From the NCBI GenBank assembly GCA_040756235.1, contig JBFLZG010000044.1:1-45713 (forward strand): a DNA stretch of 45,713 nucleotides. Reading direction: 5' to 3'. Within the stretch, counting starts at the first letter, position 1. Every line of letters starts with the position of its first letter. This document shows positions 1 through 11,100 of the stretch, in pieces. The DNA is from a bacterium (GTDB lineage: Bacteria > Desulfobacterota > DSWW01). The notes below the pieces were generated by a model, which worked only from the letters and a program-made list of their open reading frames with translations, was not told the origin of the DNA and did not search any database. The position numbers and the translations under genes were made by a program.

Positions 1-130
1 CGGGATCTCCGGCTTGGTGACCGTGAGATCGCGCTGAACACGCTGGTGTCAGCTCAAAGCCCGCGTGGCCGGTCATCATCATGACCATTTCCTTACACCG
101 AATTTCGACCTTTTGGGACAGGCTCTAGCT

Positions 131-1300
131 ATGGATCGGGCAAACCAAGTAATCTACCTGGACAATGCGGCCACGACATTTCCCAAACCCCGGGAAGTGC
201 TGAAGCGAATCGTTGAGACTTACACCCGGCTGGGGGTTTCCCCCGGCCGGGGAAGTTACGACCTCGCTATGGAGGCCGAGGAGTTCGTCCAACAGAGCAG
301 AAGGAAACTGGCGCGCTTCTTTTGCGCGCCCGATCCGGAGCGTGTGATATTTGCAAACAACGCCACGGATGCTCTCAACCTGGCCATCCAAGGCCTGCTT
401 CAAGCCGGCCATCATGTGGTTGCGACCCGATTAGAACACAACTCCGTTCTGCGACCCCTCTTTCATTTCCGGCAGATCGGGATGATCGAGTATGATCTTG
501 TACCGTTCAACGGCGATGGGTTCATTGATCCTCGTGACGTCGCGGACATGATGCGACCTAATACACGCCTCGTCATCATCTGCCACGCCTCCAACGTTCT
601 TGGGACGATCCAGCCGATTGCCGAAGTCGGCCGATTATGTGCCGACCGCGGTGTTCCTCTAATGATCGATGCCAGCCAGAGTGCCGGACACGTCCCAATC
701 GACATGGATGCATGGGGAGTCTCGATTGTGGCGTTCACAGGACACAAGTCCCTTTACGGCCCCACCGGAATCGGCGGACTCCTCATCAGACCCGACCTCA
801 AGATACAGGCAACGCGGTTCGGAGGCACCGGCATCGAATCGAGGAGTCTGATTCACACGCAGACCTTTCCACACCGACTGGAGGCGGGAACGATCAACCT
901 CTTGGGCATCATCGGCCTTTCCGCGGGACTCGATTACGTGCTGGCGAAAGGGATGGATGAGATTCATCGCCGCGAGATGGAATTGCTGAGAAGACTCAGA
1001 GACGGCCTTTCTGAATTGCAGGGTGTAGACCTTTACTGTGCACAGGACCTCTCCAATCATGTGGCGGTCTTAACCACCAATGTTCGAGGCATCGAGCCGG
1101 AAGACGTAGGTGCGATCCTGGATGTAGATTTTGGCGTTGCGGCCCGTACAGGTCTCCACTGCGCCCCACTAATACATGAGGACTTAGGCACAAGTCCGCG
1201 CGGCGGGGTCCGCTTCAGCCTCGGGTGTTTCAACACGGCAGAAGATATTGACTCAGCCATCGAGGCGATGGCGAGTATCTGCAAACATCGCAGCAAATGA
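131..1300 (+). CDS. Cysteine desulfurase-family PLP-dependent class V aminotransferase (CsdA/SufS-like)
   Basis: IYLDNAATT, HASNVLG, FTGHK (PLP lysine), EAGT and RTGLHCAP (catalytic Cys loop) motifs. ATG at 131 preferred over the ORF-track GTG at 65. Confidence 0.9.
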   Translation: MDRANQVIYLDNAATTFPKPREVLKRIVETYTRLGVSPGRGSYDLAMEAEEFVQQSRRKLARFFCAPDPERVIFANNATDALNLAIQGLLQAGHHVVATRLEHNSVLRPLFHFRQIGMIEYDLVPFNGDGFIDPRDVADMMRPNTRLVIICHASNVLGTIQPIAEVGRLCADRGVPLMIDASQSAGHVPIDMDAWGVSIVAFTGHKSLYGPTGIGGLLIRPDLKIQATRFGGTGIESRSLIHTQTFPHRLEAGTINLLGIIGLSAGLDYVLAKGMDEIHRREMELLRRLRDGLSELQGVDLYCAQDLSNHVAVLTTNVRGIEPEDVGAILDVDFGVAARTGLHCAPLIHEDLGTSPRGGVRFSLGCFNTAEDIDSAIEAMASICKHRSK

Positions 1301-1387
1301 TCGAGCGGTTGAACAACCTAATGAGAAATGGACCCCGGATTTGGGACAGGGTCATAAGTGAAATCTTCGACCTGGAGAAGGCCTTCA

Positions 1388-1615
1388 TTACGCGGCCTCG
1401 GGGAAGTTGCGCCAGCCGGCCCATGGAATGAGCCGTATCGAACTGCTGGGTGACCGAGACGACACGGAGCCATCTACGGCTTCCGTTTCCTTGGCCACGT
1501 GGCGCAAGACTTCGCCCTGTGTGGCCAAGCGAAGGAGTCCCTTGGCCAGGATTGCGGCCACTTCCCTGAAGCGCGCCTCAGGGGCCATCTCTCCCGGGTC
1601 GTCGGTACCGTACAT
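1388..1615 (-). CDS. Small hypothetical protein (MYGTDDPGEMAPEARFREVAAILAKGLLRL), copy 1; probably a truncated leader ORF of a DUF2924/recombinase-type element
   Basis: N-terminal ~50 aa nearly identical to the ORF at 7430-7693, which precedes a DUF2924-like start. The C-terminus diverges where DNA homology ends (~1467). Confidence 0.55.
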   Translation of the reverse strand: MYGTDDPGEMAPEARFREVAAILAKGLLRLATQGEVLRHVAKETEAVDGSVSSRSPSSSIRLIPWAGWRNFPEAA

Positions 1616-1852
1616 CTCTCCGTCTCCGTCGCGAGACGGCCGTCACGGGACCCTGAGAGAATCGGTGGGTGTCGGGACCGGAGAGGTAGGGCAGAGCGAA
1701 CGCCGTCGTGAGCAGCCCCCTCCGGGGCAACACCCACAACGGTTTCCGCTCCGCGGCCAGCCCGCTGTCTGGTGGTTCAGGCCGAGTGAATGCCTCTATA
1801 TGTTCATATACCGGAAAAGTTATGAAAGTGTCGGCTCTGGGGCCCCGGAAAG
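1467..1852. repeat. ~385 bp direct repeat, copy 1 (element leader/end)
   Basis: Colinear with 7545-7931, e.g. the shared block ctccggggcaacacccacaacggtttccgctccgcggccagcccgctgtctggtgg. Confidence 0.9.
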
Positions 1853-1913
1853 ATAGACTGTTCGCAGAAGGCCGCCGGGCAAGAAGGCGCGTCAACAAGC
1901 TCGAAGCCTTTGG

Positions 1914-3368
1914 TCATCTGGGATCTTCCGGCCGATGCGACCCGCCCATCTTGCGTGGGAGATCAAAGCGGCAAGGTGATAAGAAGAAGTCGCCCAGGAG
2001 TTGGAAGGCTCTCACCGCCCGTTCCGGGGACAGGAAACAGGGCACGCAGTGTTGCCCCAAGTATTCCACGATGGCTCGATTTTCCTCGTTTTTCGTCAGG
2101 GAAGCCACCGTGGCGGCCAGGACGGGCTTGGGCTGGTGCTGTGCGATTTGGATGATGTCGTCCAGGCCCTGGGAGGAGGACAGAGCTCCCAGGATCAGGA
2201 TCACGCCATCCACTGCGGGATCTTTCAGCACCCATTCCATGGTCTGGGTGGCCAGTTCCGGATTGGTAGCGGAGGCGCCGGTCAGGTCGATGGGGTTTCG
2301 CCATGAGGCAATCGGGGGCAGTATGCGGGCCAGTTGTGCGGATGTTTCCGGGCTCAGGGTTGCCATTTCCAGGCCGGCCTCCACTGCGGAATCGCAGGCG
2401 GCTACGCCCGGGGCTCCCGGCCCGGTCACGACGGCCAAGCGTGGGCCCTTGGGGCGGCGGCCGCCTGAAAAGGCAATAGCGCCGTCAATGAGATCGTCGT
2501 AGGAACGCGCTTCGGTGACATTGAGTTGGCGGCAGAGTCCGCTCATGATGGCATCGTTTCCGGCCATGGCCCCGGTGTGTGAAAAGGCAGCCTCCTTGCC
2601 CCGGGAGGTCCGCCCGGTGCGGAACATGACCACTGGTTTCCCGTCGGGCCGGTCGCGGAGCAGTTGGATAAAGCGCCGGGGCCGGCGGATCTGTTCCACG
2701 TATAGGGCAATGACGGTGGTATCAGGGTCCAGTAGCAGGTATTCCAAGTAGTCGCACAGGTCCAGGTCGGCTTCATTGCCGGTGCCGATGAGGGTAGAAA
2801 ACCCGATTCCCCGCTCCTGACACCTGAAGTACAGGGTTTCGCACACGGACCCGCTTTGGGATACCACGCCGATGCATCCCGGTTCGGACCCGCCCATATC
2901 GGGAGAGAAGGAAGCGTTCAGCCGGGAGCGGGTGTGGATGAATCCGAGGGTATTGGGCCCGAAGAGCCGGACTCCACTCTGGCGTGCGGCCTGCAAGACT
3001 TCTTCCTGGAGCTGGCGTCCCTCGGGGCCGACTTCGGCGAAACCGCCGGCGATGATGATTGCGCCGGCCGCGCCCTTGCGGCCGAGTCCGCTCACGCCCT
3101 CTGGAACGGCCGGCCCTGGGACAGCCACGATTCCCAGGTCCACGGGTTCCGGCAAGGCATCGAGGTCGGTGACCACCTTCAGTCCGAGAATGTTTCCGCC
3201 GTTGGGATTGACCGGGAAGATCGCGCCCCTAAATCCCCCATCGATCAAGGACTTCAATATCCAGTGTCCCAGGTTGTTTTCCCTTGACGAGACTCCGACA
3301 ATGCCGACTGCGTTCGGGTTGAAACATCGCCTCAGCGCTTCGGTCGCTTCCAGTTCAGGATGATGCAT
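1914..3368 (-). CDS. Acetate/acyl-CoA ligase (ADP-forming) alpha subunit-like CoA-binding protein
   Basis: VGVS..NLG, FPVNP, GGFAE, GPNTLG, SQSGS, GNEADL, SHTGAMAG (phospho-His) and NPIDL motifs. ATG at 3368 with AGGAGG RBS; the ORF-track extension to 3563 is IS/pseudogene debris. Confidence 0.88.
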   Translation of the reverse strand: MHHPELEATEALRRCFNPNAVGIVGVSSRENNLGHWILKSLIDGGFRGAIFPVNPNGGNILGLKVVTDLDALPEPVDLGIVAVPGPAVPEGVSGLGRKGAAGAIIIAGGFAEVGPEGRQLQEEVLQAARQSGVRLFGPNTLGFIHTRSRLNASFSPDMGGSEPGCIGVVSQSGSVCETLYFRCQERGIGFSTLIGTGNEADLDLCDYLEYLLLDPDTTVIALYVEQIRRPRRFIQLLRDRPDGKPVVMFRTGRTSRGKEAAFSHTGAMAGNDAIMSGLCRQLNVTEARSYDDLIDGAIAFSGGRRPKGPRLAVVTGPGAPGVAACDSAVEAGLEMATLSPETSAQLARILPPIASWRNPIDLTGASATNPELATQTMEWVLKDPAVDGVILILGALSSSQGLDDIIQIAQHQPKPVLAATVASLTKNEENRAIVEYLGQHCVPCFLSPERAVRAFQLLGDFFLSPCRFDLPRKMGGSHRPEDPR

Positions 3369-3483
3369 CCCTGGCCTCCTTGAGTTTCCGAAGGTCGCAT
3401 CCACGTGCATTGCAGAAGTTGGCATAGCTGGGAAATCCTGACCGCACCCGGGCCACTTGGCCGTCTGCATTGCACCACATTCG

Positions 3484-3618
3484 CTCCGGATCGTCTGTGG
3501 GTAGCAGATATCAATCATCTGTTTCCTGAACTCGGGTGGATACGGTGGCTTGGACTCTGGCATCGTGGACCTCCTCTCTCAAGAGTTTAGTTGTCCACGA
3601 AAACGGGTCAACTCTACA
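3484..3618 (-). mobile_element. IS3-family remnant (left inverted repeat + OrfA start, joined to an inverted OrfB fragment)
   Basis: Minus strand reads TGTAGAGTTGACCCGTTTTCGTGGACA...GAGGAGG then MPESKPPYPPEFRKQMI (IS3 OrfA-like). Plus strand at ~3484-3513 reads APDRLWVADI (IS3 integrase-core motif). Confidence 0.75.
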
Positions 3619-3803
3619 CGGAGGCCTTTTCCCCGTCGAAACCACGGCCATTGTCTTGGAACGACAACTCGATCCGCCTGTTGACTTTCTGTAGCGAGAG
3701 GTTGGACGAGGGTTGTGGCGCTGACTTTCACAATGTGCAGGAGCCTTCACGGGGCTTCGAAAGGCCCAGATTAAGTTCTCCTCTTCTGCCTTGTATTTTC
3801 TTA

Positions 3804-3832
3804 TTGACTCGCGTCAGCCTGCTCTATAAACT
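3804..3832 (+). promoter_or_regulatory. Putative sigma70 promoter of the fur-katG module
   Basis: TTGACT (3804-3809), 17 nt spacer, TAAACT (3827-3832), overlapping a palindromic operator. Confidence 0.55.
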
Positions 3833-3845
3833 GGAACCATTCCAG
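3831..3845. promoter_or_regulatory. Palindromic operator, putative Fur/PerR box 1
   Basis: CTGGAA-CCA-TTCCAG; near-identical copy upstream of katG. Confidence 0.65.
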
Positions 3846-3903
3846 AAAATTAAGGAGACCGGTCATCCGTTCCAGTCGCTCCAAGGAGCAGGTCGTTGAG
3901 GAG

Positions 3904-4296
3904 ATGCGGGACAAAGGGCTCCGTATCACCCAGCAGAGGGACGCTATCCTGGACTACCTTCTGTCTACGGGAGAGCACCCCTCGGCCCGCAGGGTACTGG
4001 AGAACGTCAGGAAGAAGGTTCCCCACATTTCCCTCTCAACTGTCTATGGCACCCTGGCGGAACTTACGAAGCACAATATAATTCACGAATTGCAGTTCGC
4101 GGACGCGGAGAATCGCTACGAGGCCAATCTCTCCCAGCACATCAACCTGGTCTGCGTCCGTTGCGGGAAGATCGTGGATTACCAGACCGCATTCACGGTA
4201 GACCTGGAGCAGATCAGACAGGCCACACAGTTCCACGCCATTCAGCCTCACTTCGAGCTGTACGGGATGTGCGCGACCTGTGCCAAGGGTCGATAA
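3904..4296 (+). CDS. Fur-family transcriptional regulator (PerR/FurA-like)
   Basis: GLRITQQR, HPSA, ISLSTVY, HINLVCVRCG and GMCATC motifs; directly upstream of katG. The true start may be ATC at 3865. Confidence 0.92.
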   Translation: MRDKGLRITQQRDAILDYLLSTGEHPSARRVLENVRKKVPHISLSTVYGTLAELTKHNIIHELQFADAENRYEANLSQHINLVCVRCGKIVDYQTAFTVDLEQIRQATQFHAIQPHFELYGMCATCAKGR

Positions 4297-4308
4297 TCTT
4301 GAGTTTCT

Positions 4309-4323
4309 ATGGAATCATTCCAG
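4309..4323. promoter_or_regulatory. Palindromic operator, putative Fur/PerR box 2
   Basis: ATGGAA-TCA-TTCCAG in the fur-katG spacer; 13/15 identical to box 1. Confidence 0.65.
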
Positions 4324-4423
4324 ATTTTGGCGGATCTTCAGCTATTGGTGATCAGGCCATTGCACGCGAATTTGTGGTGCCCCTTTTTCTATGGCCTCGG
4401 TAGCTGTTCAAACCCGAACCTGA

Positions 4424-6601
<2,178 letters not shown>

Positions 6602-6602
6602 G

Positions 6603-6714
6603 GCTCCCAGGGGGATCAGATCCCCACATCCGCAACTGCCTGAAGGCAGATCCGGCTTACGGCAAGGACGTTGCGGACGCGCTCGGCATTCCGCTGAGCG
6701 AAGTGCAAAGATAG
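6603..6714 (+). pseudogene. katA: C-terminal remnant of a monofunctional heme catalase
   Basis: 6625-6714 translates HIRNCLKADPAYGKDVADALGIPLSEVQR*, matching the H..NC.KADP.YG..VA.ALG end of small-subunit catalases. No start codon; frameshifted upstream. Confidence 0.75.
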
Positions 6715-6811
6715 CGAACGCCGCTAGGTGCGGTTCCCCCGATTTCCGCCGCGGCCGTCTGGCGTAGTTCTGGAAACGAATCCTTGCAAGAGGAGAAATG
6801 AAGAAGAGACC

Positions 6812-6856
6812 CGGCTTCCTGTCCGCTCACATTGCGGGTGATCGGACAGGAAGCCG
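6812..6856. terminator. Long stem-loop downstream of katG, terminator-like
   Basis: cggcttcctgtccg-c-tcac / gtga-t-cggacaggaagccg: 18 bp stem with one mismatch and a 7 nt loop. No clear U-tract on the + strand. Confidence 0.5.
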
Positions 6857-7038
6857 TCCTGCTTGCTCCCGGTCCCCCATCCTGGGCTCCAGCACGATGC
6901 GGCGTTCCACGCCCCGCTCGAACCCCCATTGGCCCGCCGCTTTTGGCCTGATCCAGTAGGGGCCACAATCCTCCGGAAGAAGTCACACCTACGAATCCAT
7001 CCTAAGAAGTTATGAGAGTGTCGGCTTTGGGTGGGCCG

Positions 7039-7343
7039 CTTGCCCCTTCTTGGCGAGTGCCAGGACCTTGTCCTTGTCGCGGCTCTTGGCGAGGCGGTCG
7101 AACAGGAGCGAAGCGGTCTGCCGCTCCAACTCGCGGGCCGACCACGCCTCGCGCAGGGCCTCGATCTCATAGAACGCGCGTGCCTCGGGTTCTCAACCTT
7201 GAGAAGGAACGCGTAGTGAGCCCAGCTCAGCGACGCCGGGAAGTTCTGAGCGCCGGCTGGCATTGATTCGGCCAACACCGTTGGCCGTGTCTTTCCGGCC
7301 CGCCGGACGGTGGATTCGGCCAGCGCTGCTGTCCGTTTTTCGG
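7039..7343 (-). pseudogene. Internal fragment of a DUF1016/YhcG (PDDEXK nuclease) family gene, frameshifted
   Basis: LSWAHYAFLLKVENP, then a frameshift near 7186 into EARAFYEIEALREAWSARELERQTASLLFDRLAKSRDKDKVLALAKKGQ. Both ends are missing. Confidence 0.8.
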
Positions 7344-7411
7344 TACCTCTCTCTGAGTTCGCCCACGCTCAGGGCCTTGAGCCTTACGACTTCCCGGTCG
7401 ATGTCGAGCAT
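7343..7411 (-). pseudogene. N-terminal stub of a DUF2924-like protein
   Basis: GGAGGAG RBS, then MLDIDREVVRLKALSVGELRERY, typical of DUF2924 N-termini; the sequence then switches abruptly to DUF1016. Confidence 0.6.
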
Positions 7412-7429
7412 CTCTTCTCCCTCCCTCTC

Positions 7430-7693
7430 TCAAGCGCCTCTCACCTGCGTTAACCAGGTGACATGGACGCTCCAGTCGCCGGAAGAGTCAAGCCAATTCT
7501 CACGGGATTCCAAGGGATTATCTGCGCCGGATCCAGCCTCCACTGACCCGTCCTCGGCCTGCGTTTCATCGGCCACGTGGCGCAAGATTTCGGCCCGTGT
7601 GGCCAAACGAAGGAGTCCCTTGGCCAGGATTGCGGCTACCTCCCTGAAGCGCGCCTCAGGGGCCATTCCTGCAGGATCGTCGATTCCGTACAT
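7430..7693 (-). CDS. Small hypothetical protein (MYGIDDPAGMAPEARFREVAAILAKGLLRL), copy 2
   Basis: Paralog of 1388-1615; ends 18 nt before the DUF2924 stub. Start set at ATG 7693 by homology with copy 1. Confidence 0.6.
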   Translation of the reverse strand: MYGIDDPAGMAPEARFREVAAILAKGLLRLATRAEILRHVADETQAEDGSVEAGSGADNPLESRENWLDSSGDWSVHVTWLTQVRGA

Positions 7694-7931
7694 AGCCCGT
7701 CTCCGTAGCGAGACGGCCGTGCGGAATCCTGGGGGTGATCCGTGGGATGTTGCGGACCGGAGAGGTGGGTCGGAACAGAAAAACCGCTGTGAGCAGCCCT
7801 CCGGGGCAACACCCACAACGGTTTCCGCTCCGCGGCCAGCCCGCTGTCTGGTGGTCAAGTCGAATCCAATGCCTCTATCTATTCATATACCGGAAAGTTC
7901 GTAAAAGTGTCGGCTTTGGGGGCCCAGAAAG
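7545..7931. repeat. ~385 bp direct repeat, copy 2
   Basis: Colinear with 1467-1852. Confidence 0.9.
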
Positions 7932-8116
7932 GACGGGGTGTAAACCATGAGGAGCGCCAGAAGAGAATTCAGGTTCGATCCAGATTGCAGCCTGGTCCTG
8001 TTTCTGATTGAAGTTCGGGACTCCCATGTCATAGAATTTTTTTTTGTCTCTCGCGCGGTTCGATCTACAAGATCGGGTGGCCTCAGCTCCCAGAGGGGCC
8101 ACACCTGAGGTGCCCC

Positions 8117-11100
8117 ATGAACCTTCCGTCCAGAACCGAAGGGCAACTCCTTGAGGAGGTCCGGCGCCTGCGCGAGGAGTTGCGTGAAGCTCGCGATCAG
8201 GCAGGGCGCAGCGCCCGCGAGGCGGCGGCCTTGAGGGACAGGCTGCAGGCGAATCAGAGGGCGGACGCACCGATCGGAGGGGTCAAGCGAGGCCTGGCAC
8301 CCGAATTCCTGGAAGCGCTCCTGAATAGCATCCCCGAAGAGATCTGGGTTGCCGATGTGGACAAGAAGCTCACCTTGGTAAACCCTGCGGTGATCAAGGA
8401 GTTCGGTTACACCATTGGCGGAGGAATGCCGGTGGAGAAGGTGGCCGCGAGCTTTGAGGTGTATCGTTCTGATGGCTCTCCACGTCCTGCCGACGAAGCC
8501 CCGCCCTTACGAGCCCTGCGGGGAGAAGTCGTGAGAGATCAGGAAGAAATTGTTCGAACTCCAGCAACCGGCGAGCTGCGGCACCGCCAGGTCAATGCTG
8601 CTCCCGTGAGAGATGCTGCGGGTGCCATTCTCGGATCAGTGTCCGTGGTGAGGGACATCACCGAGCGCAAGCAGGCTGAGGCGGCGCTGCGCGAGAGCGA
8701 AAAGAGCCTGATGACCCATCTGGATGCCATGACGAGGCTACAGAGAATCGGCACGCTATTCGTTAGTGGAGACAACCTAGAGCCGGTCTTTCAGGAGATA
8801 GTCGAAGCGGCGATTGCCATTTCCAATGCCGATTTTGGCAACATTCAGCTCCTGGAGTCCAAGTCCTCGAGCCTCAGGATCGCGGTTCAGCGCGGATTCC
8901 CGAAGTGGTGGGTTGAGTTCTGGGACAGCGCTTTTGAGAGCCAGGGGGCCTGCGGAACAGCGCTCAACCGGGGAGAACGGGTGATCGTGGAGGACGTTGA
9001 GCAAAGCCCGATTTTCATCGGCACCCCTGCCCTGGAAGTGCAGTTAAAAGCCGGAGTGCGGGCGGTTCAATCCACTCCCCTCGTCAGCAGGTCGGGAAGG
9101 CTCCTTGGCATGTTCTCGACGCATTACAGAGCGCCCGGTAGGCCGGACGACCTTGCACTGCGGTTGCTGGACATCCTCGCGCGTCAGACTGCTGATATCA
9201 TCGAGCGAGCGCAAAATCAGGAGACGCTACGCGAGAGCGAGGCCAAGGCCATCGCCCTGGTCAAGTACGCTCCCACAGGCATCTACGAGCTGGACTTTCG
9301 CGGCCCGAAGCTGCTGAGCGTTAACGAAGCCATGTGCGAGATCCTCGGGTACTCCCGGGAAGAGTTGCTGGCAATGGGCCCGATGCCTCTGCTTGACCCG
9401 GAAAGCCAGCGGTTGTTTGCCGCCCGAGCTCGCCGGCAATTGGCAGGGGAGCAGAACAATGACACTGTAGAATACCGGATCCGAAAGAAGGACGGCAGCC
9501 TGCTGGACGCCGTATTGAACGTCACCTTCAATATCGGCGGGGACCCTTACCGAGCCATGGTAGTCGCCCATGACGTCACCGAGCGCAAGGCGGCCGAAGA
9601 GGCCTTGCGTAAGAGCCAGGAGCAATATCGCGCTGTAGTAGAGAACACCACGGCCATCATTCTCCGCTTGGACCCGAGCGGTGTGATCACGTTCGCTAAC
9701 CAGCGGGCGCTCGACTTTTTTGGCTATTCGGAGGACGAACTGATCGGCAAGCACGCTGTCGGCACGGTGGTTCCCCCGCGAGAGACTACCGGGCGCGACC
9801 TTGCCGCCCTGGTCGACAAGATCGCGGCCAACCCCGACCGATTCCATTCCAACGCCAACGAGAACATCTGCAAGGATGGCCGACGCGTGTGGCTCGAGTG
9901 GACCAATTCCGGCATCTACGACGAAACCGCCTACCTGATGGAGTTTCTGTCTGTCGGTATTGACGCCACCGAGCACAAGCGGGCCGAGCAGGCGCTACGG
10001 GAGAGCGAAGGCAAGTATCGCTCACTCTTTGAGCACATGCTCGACGGTTTCGCCTATTGCCAGATGCTTTTTGACGAGCATGGTCAAGCGGACGATTTCA
10101 TATACCTTGAGGTAAATGCTTCCTTCGGTAGGCTTACGGGTTTGGAGGACGTGATTGGAAAGAGGGCCACGCAAGTCATCCCAGGAATCAAGGACTTGAA
10201 TCCAGAACTATTCGAAATATACGGCCGTGTCGCGAAAACAGGCATCTCGGAGAAGTTCGAAATCGATTTCAAGCCCTTGGCACTCCACCTGTCAGTCTCC
10301 GTCTACGGCCCCGCAAGGGGCTACTTTGTCGCTGTCTTTGATGACATCACCCAGCGCAAGCGGGCCGAGGCGGACCGCGAGGCGCTCATCCAACGGCTGA
10401 AGTCGCTCGTGCAGGTGGGAGCCGACGTGATCGCCGCTGGGAGTACACAGGAACTGCTCGAAAGAGTTGTGGATGCAGCCCGCGTGCTCACTCGCGCCAA
10501 TCAGACCATTTCGGGCTATGGATACATGGATGGGGAGTTCCGTATAGGAGCCGTCTCGCGATCGCCCGGTGCTCAGCTCCGCCCGCCTGACTCCGTCTTC
10601 TCCGTGCAAGAGGCGGGTCTTTACATGGACCTCCTGGACCAAGGGCTTTCGCTGCGTCTGAACGCCGGAGAGTTTCGAAGCCATCCGCGATGGTCGGGTC
10701 TGCCGGAGGGACATCCACCGCTTGAGGGACTCCTCGGGGCAAAGCTAGTGGGTCCGAAGGGGGGCACGCACGGCGTGATCATGGCCACGAGCAAGGAAGG
10801 AGGGGAGTTCACGGTCGAAGACGAGCTTCTGTTGAAGCAGCTCGCCTACCTGACTTCAGTGGGGCTACAGCACATTGAGGCGCTGGCGGCCCTGGGAAAA
10901 GCCAGGGACGAGTTGGAGATCCGTGTTCAGGAGCGCACCTCAGAGCTCAGAGAATCCGAGAGCCGCTGCCGGTTTCTATCTAGCCAGCTCCTGGTGGCCC
11001 AGGAGACGGAACGCAAGCTCATCGCCCAAGACGTCCACGACAGCCTGGGCTCGTCCCTGGCAGCCGTGAAGCTCAGCCTGGAGAGCATTACCAAGCTCAG

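Noticed and set aside
65..130. His-rich N-terminal extension MAGHHHDH of the desulfurase
   Set aside because: No RBS before the GTG, and the family motif starts just after ATG 131; probably an ORF-caller extension.
1297..1431. 44-codon ORF overlapping the desulfurase stop (ATGA)
   Set aside because: No recognisable motif, and it runs into the element junction; cannot be supported as a gene.
3369..3563. Apparent transposase-CoA ligase fusion in the 549 aa ORF
   Set aside because: Chance in-frame read-through of debris; the ligase has its own RBS and ATG at 3368.
6602..6616. ggctcccagg resembling the tRNA-Asn 3' end (possible att site)
   Set aside because: Short and imperfect, and better explained as coding sequence of the catalase remnant.
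6798..6950. Short ORF with an AGGAG RBS (MKKRPGFL...)
   Set aside because: It runs through a long hairpin and has no protein-like features.
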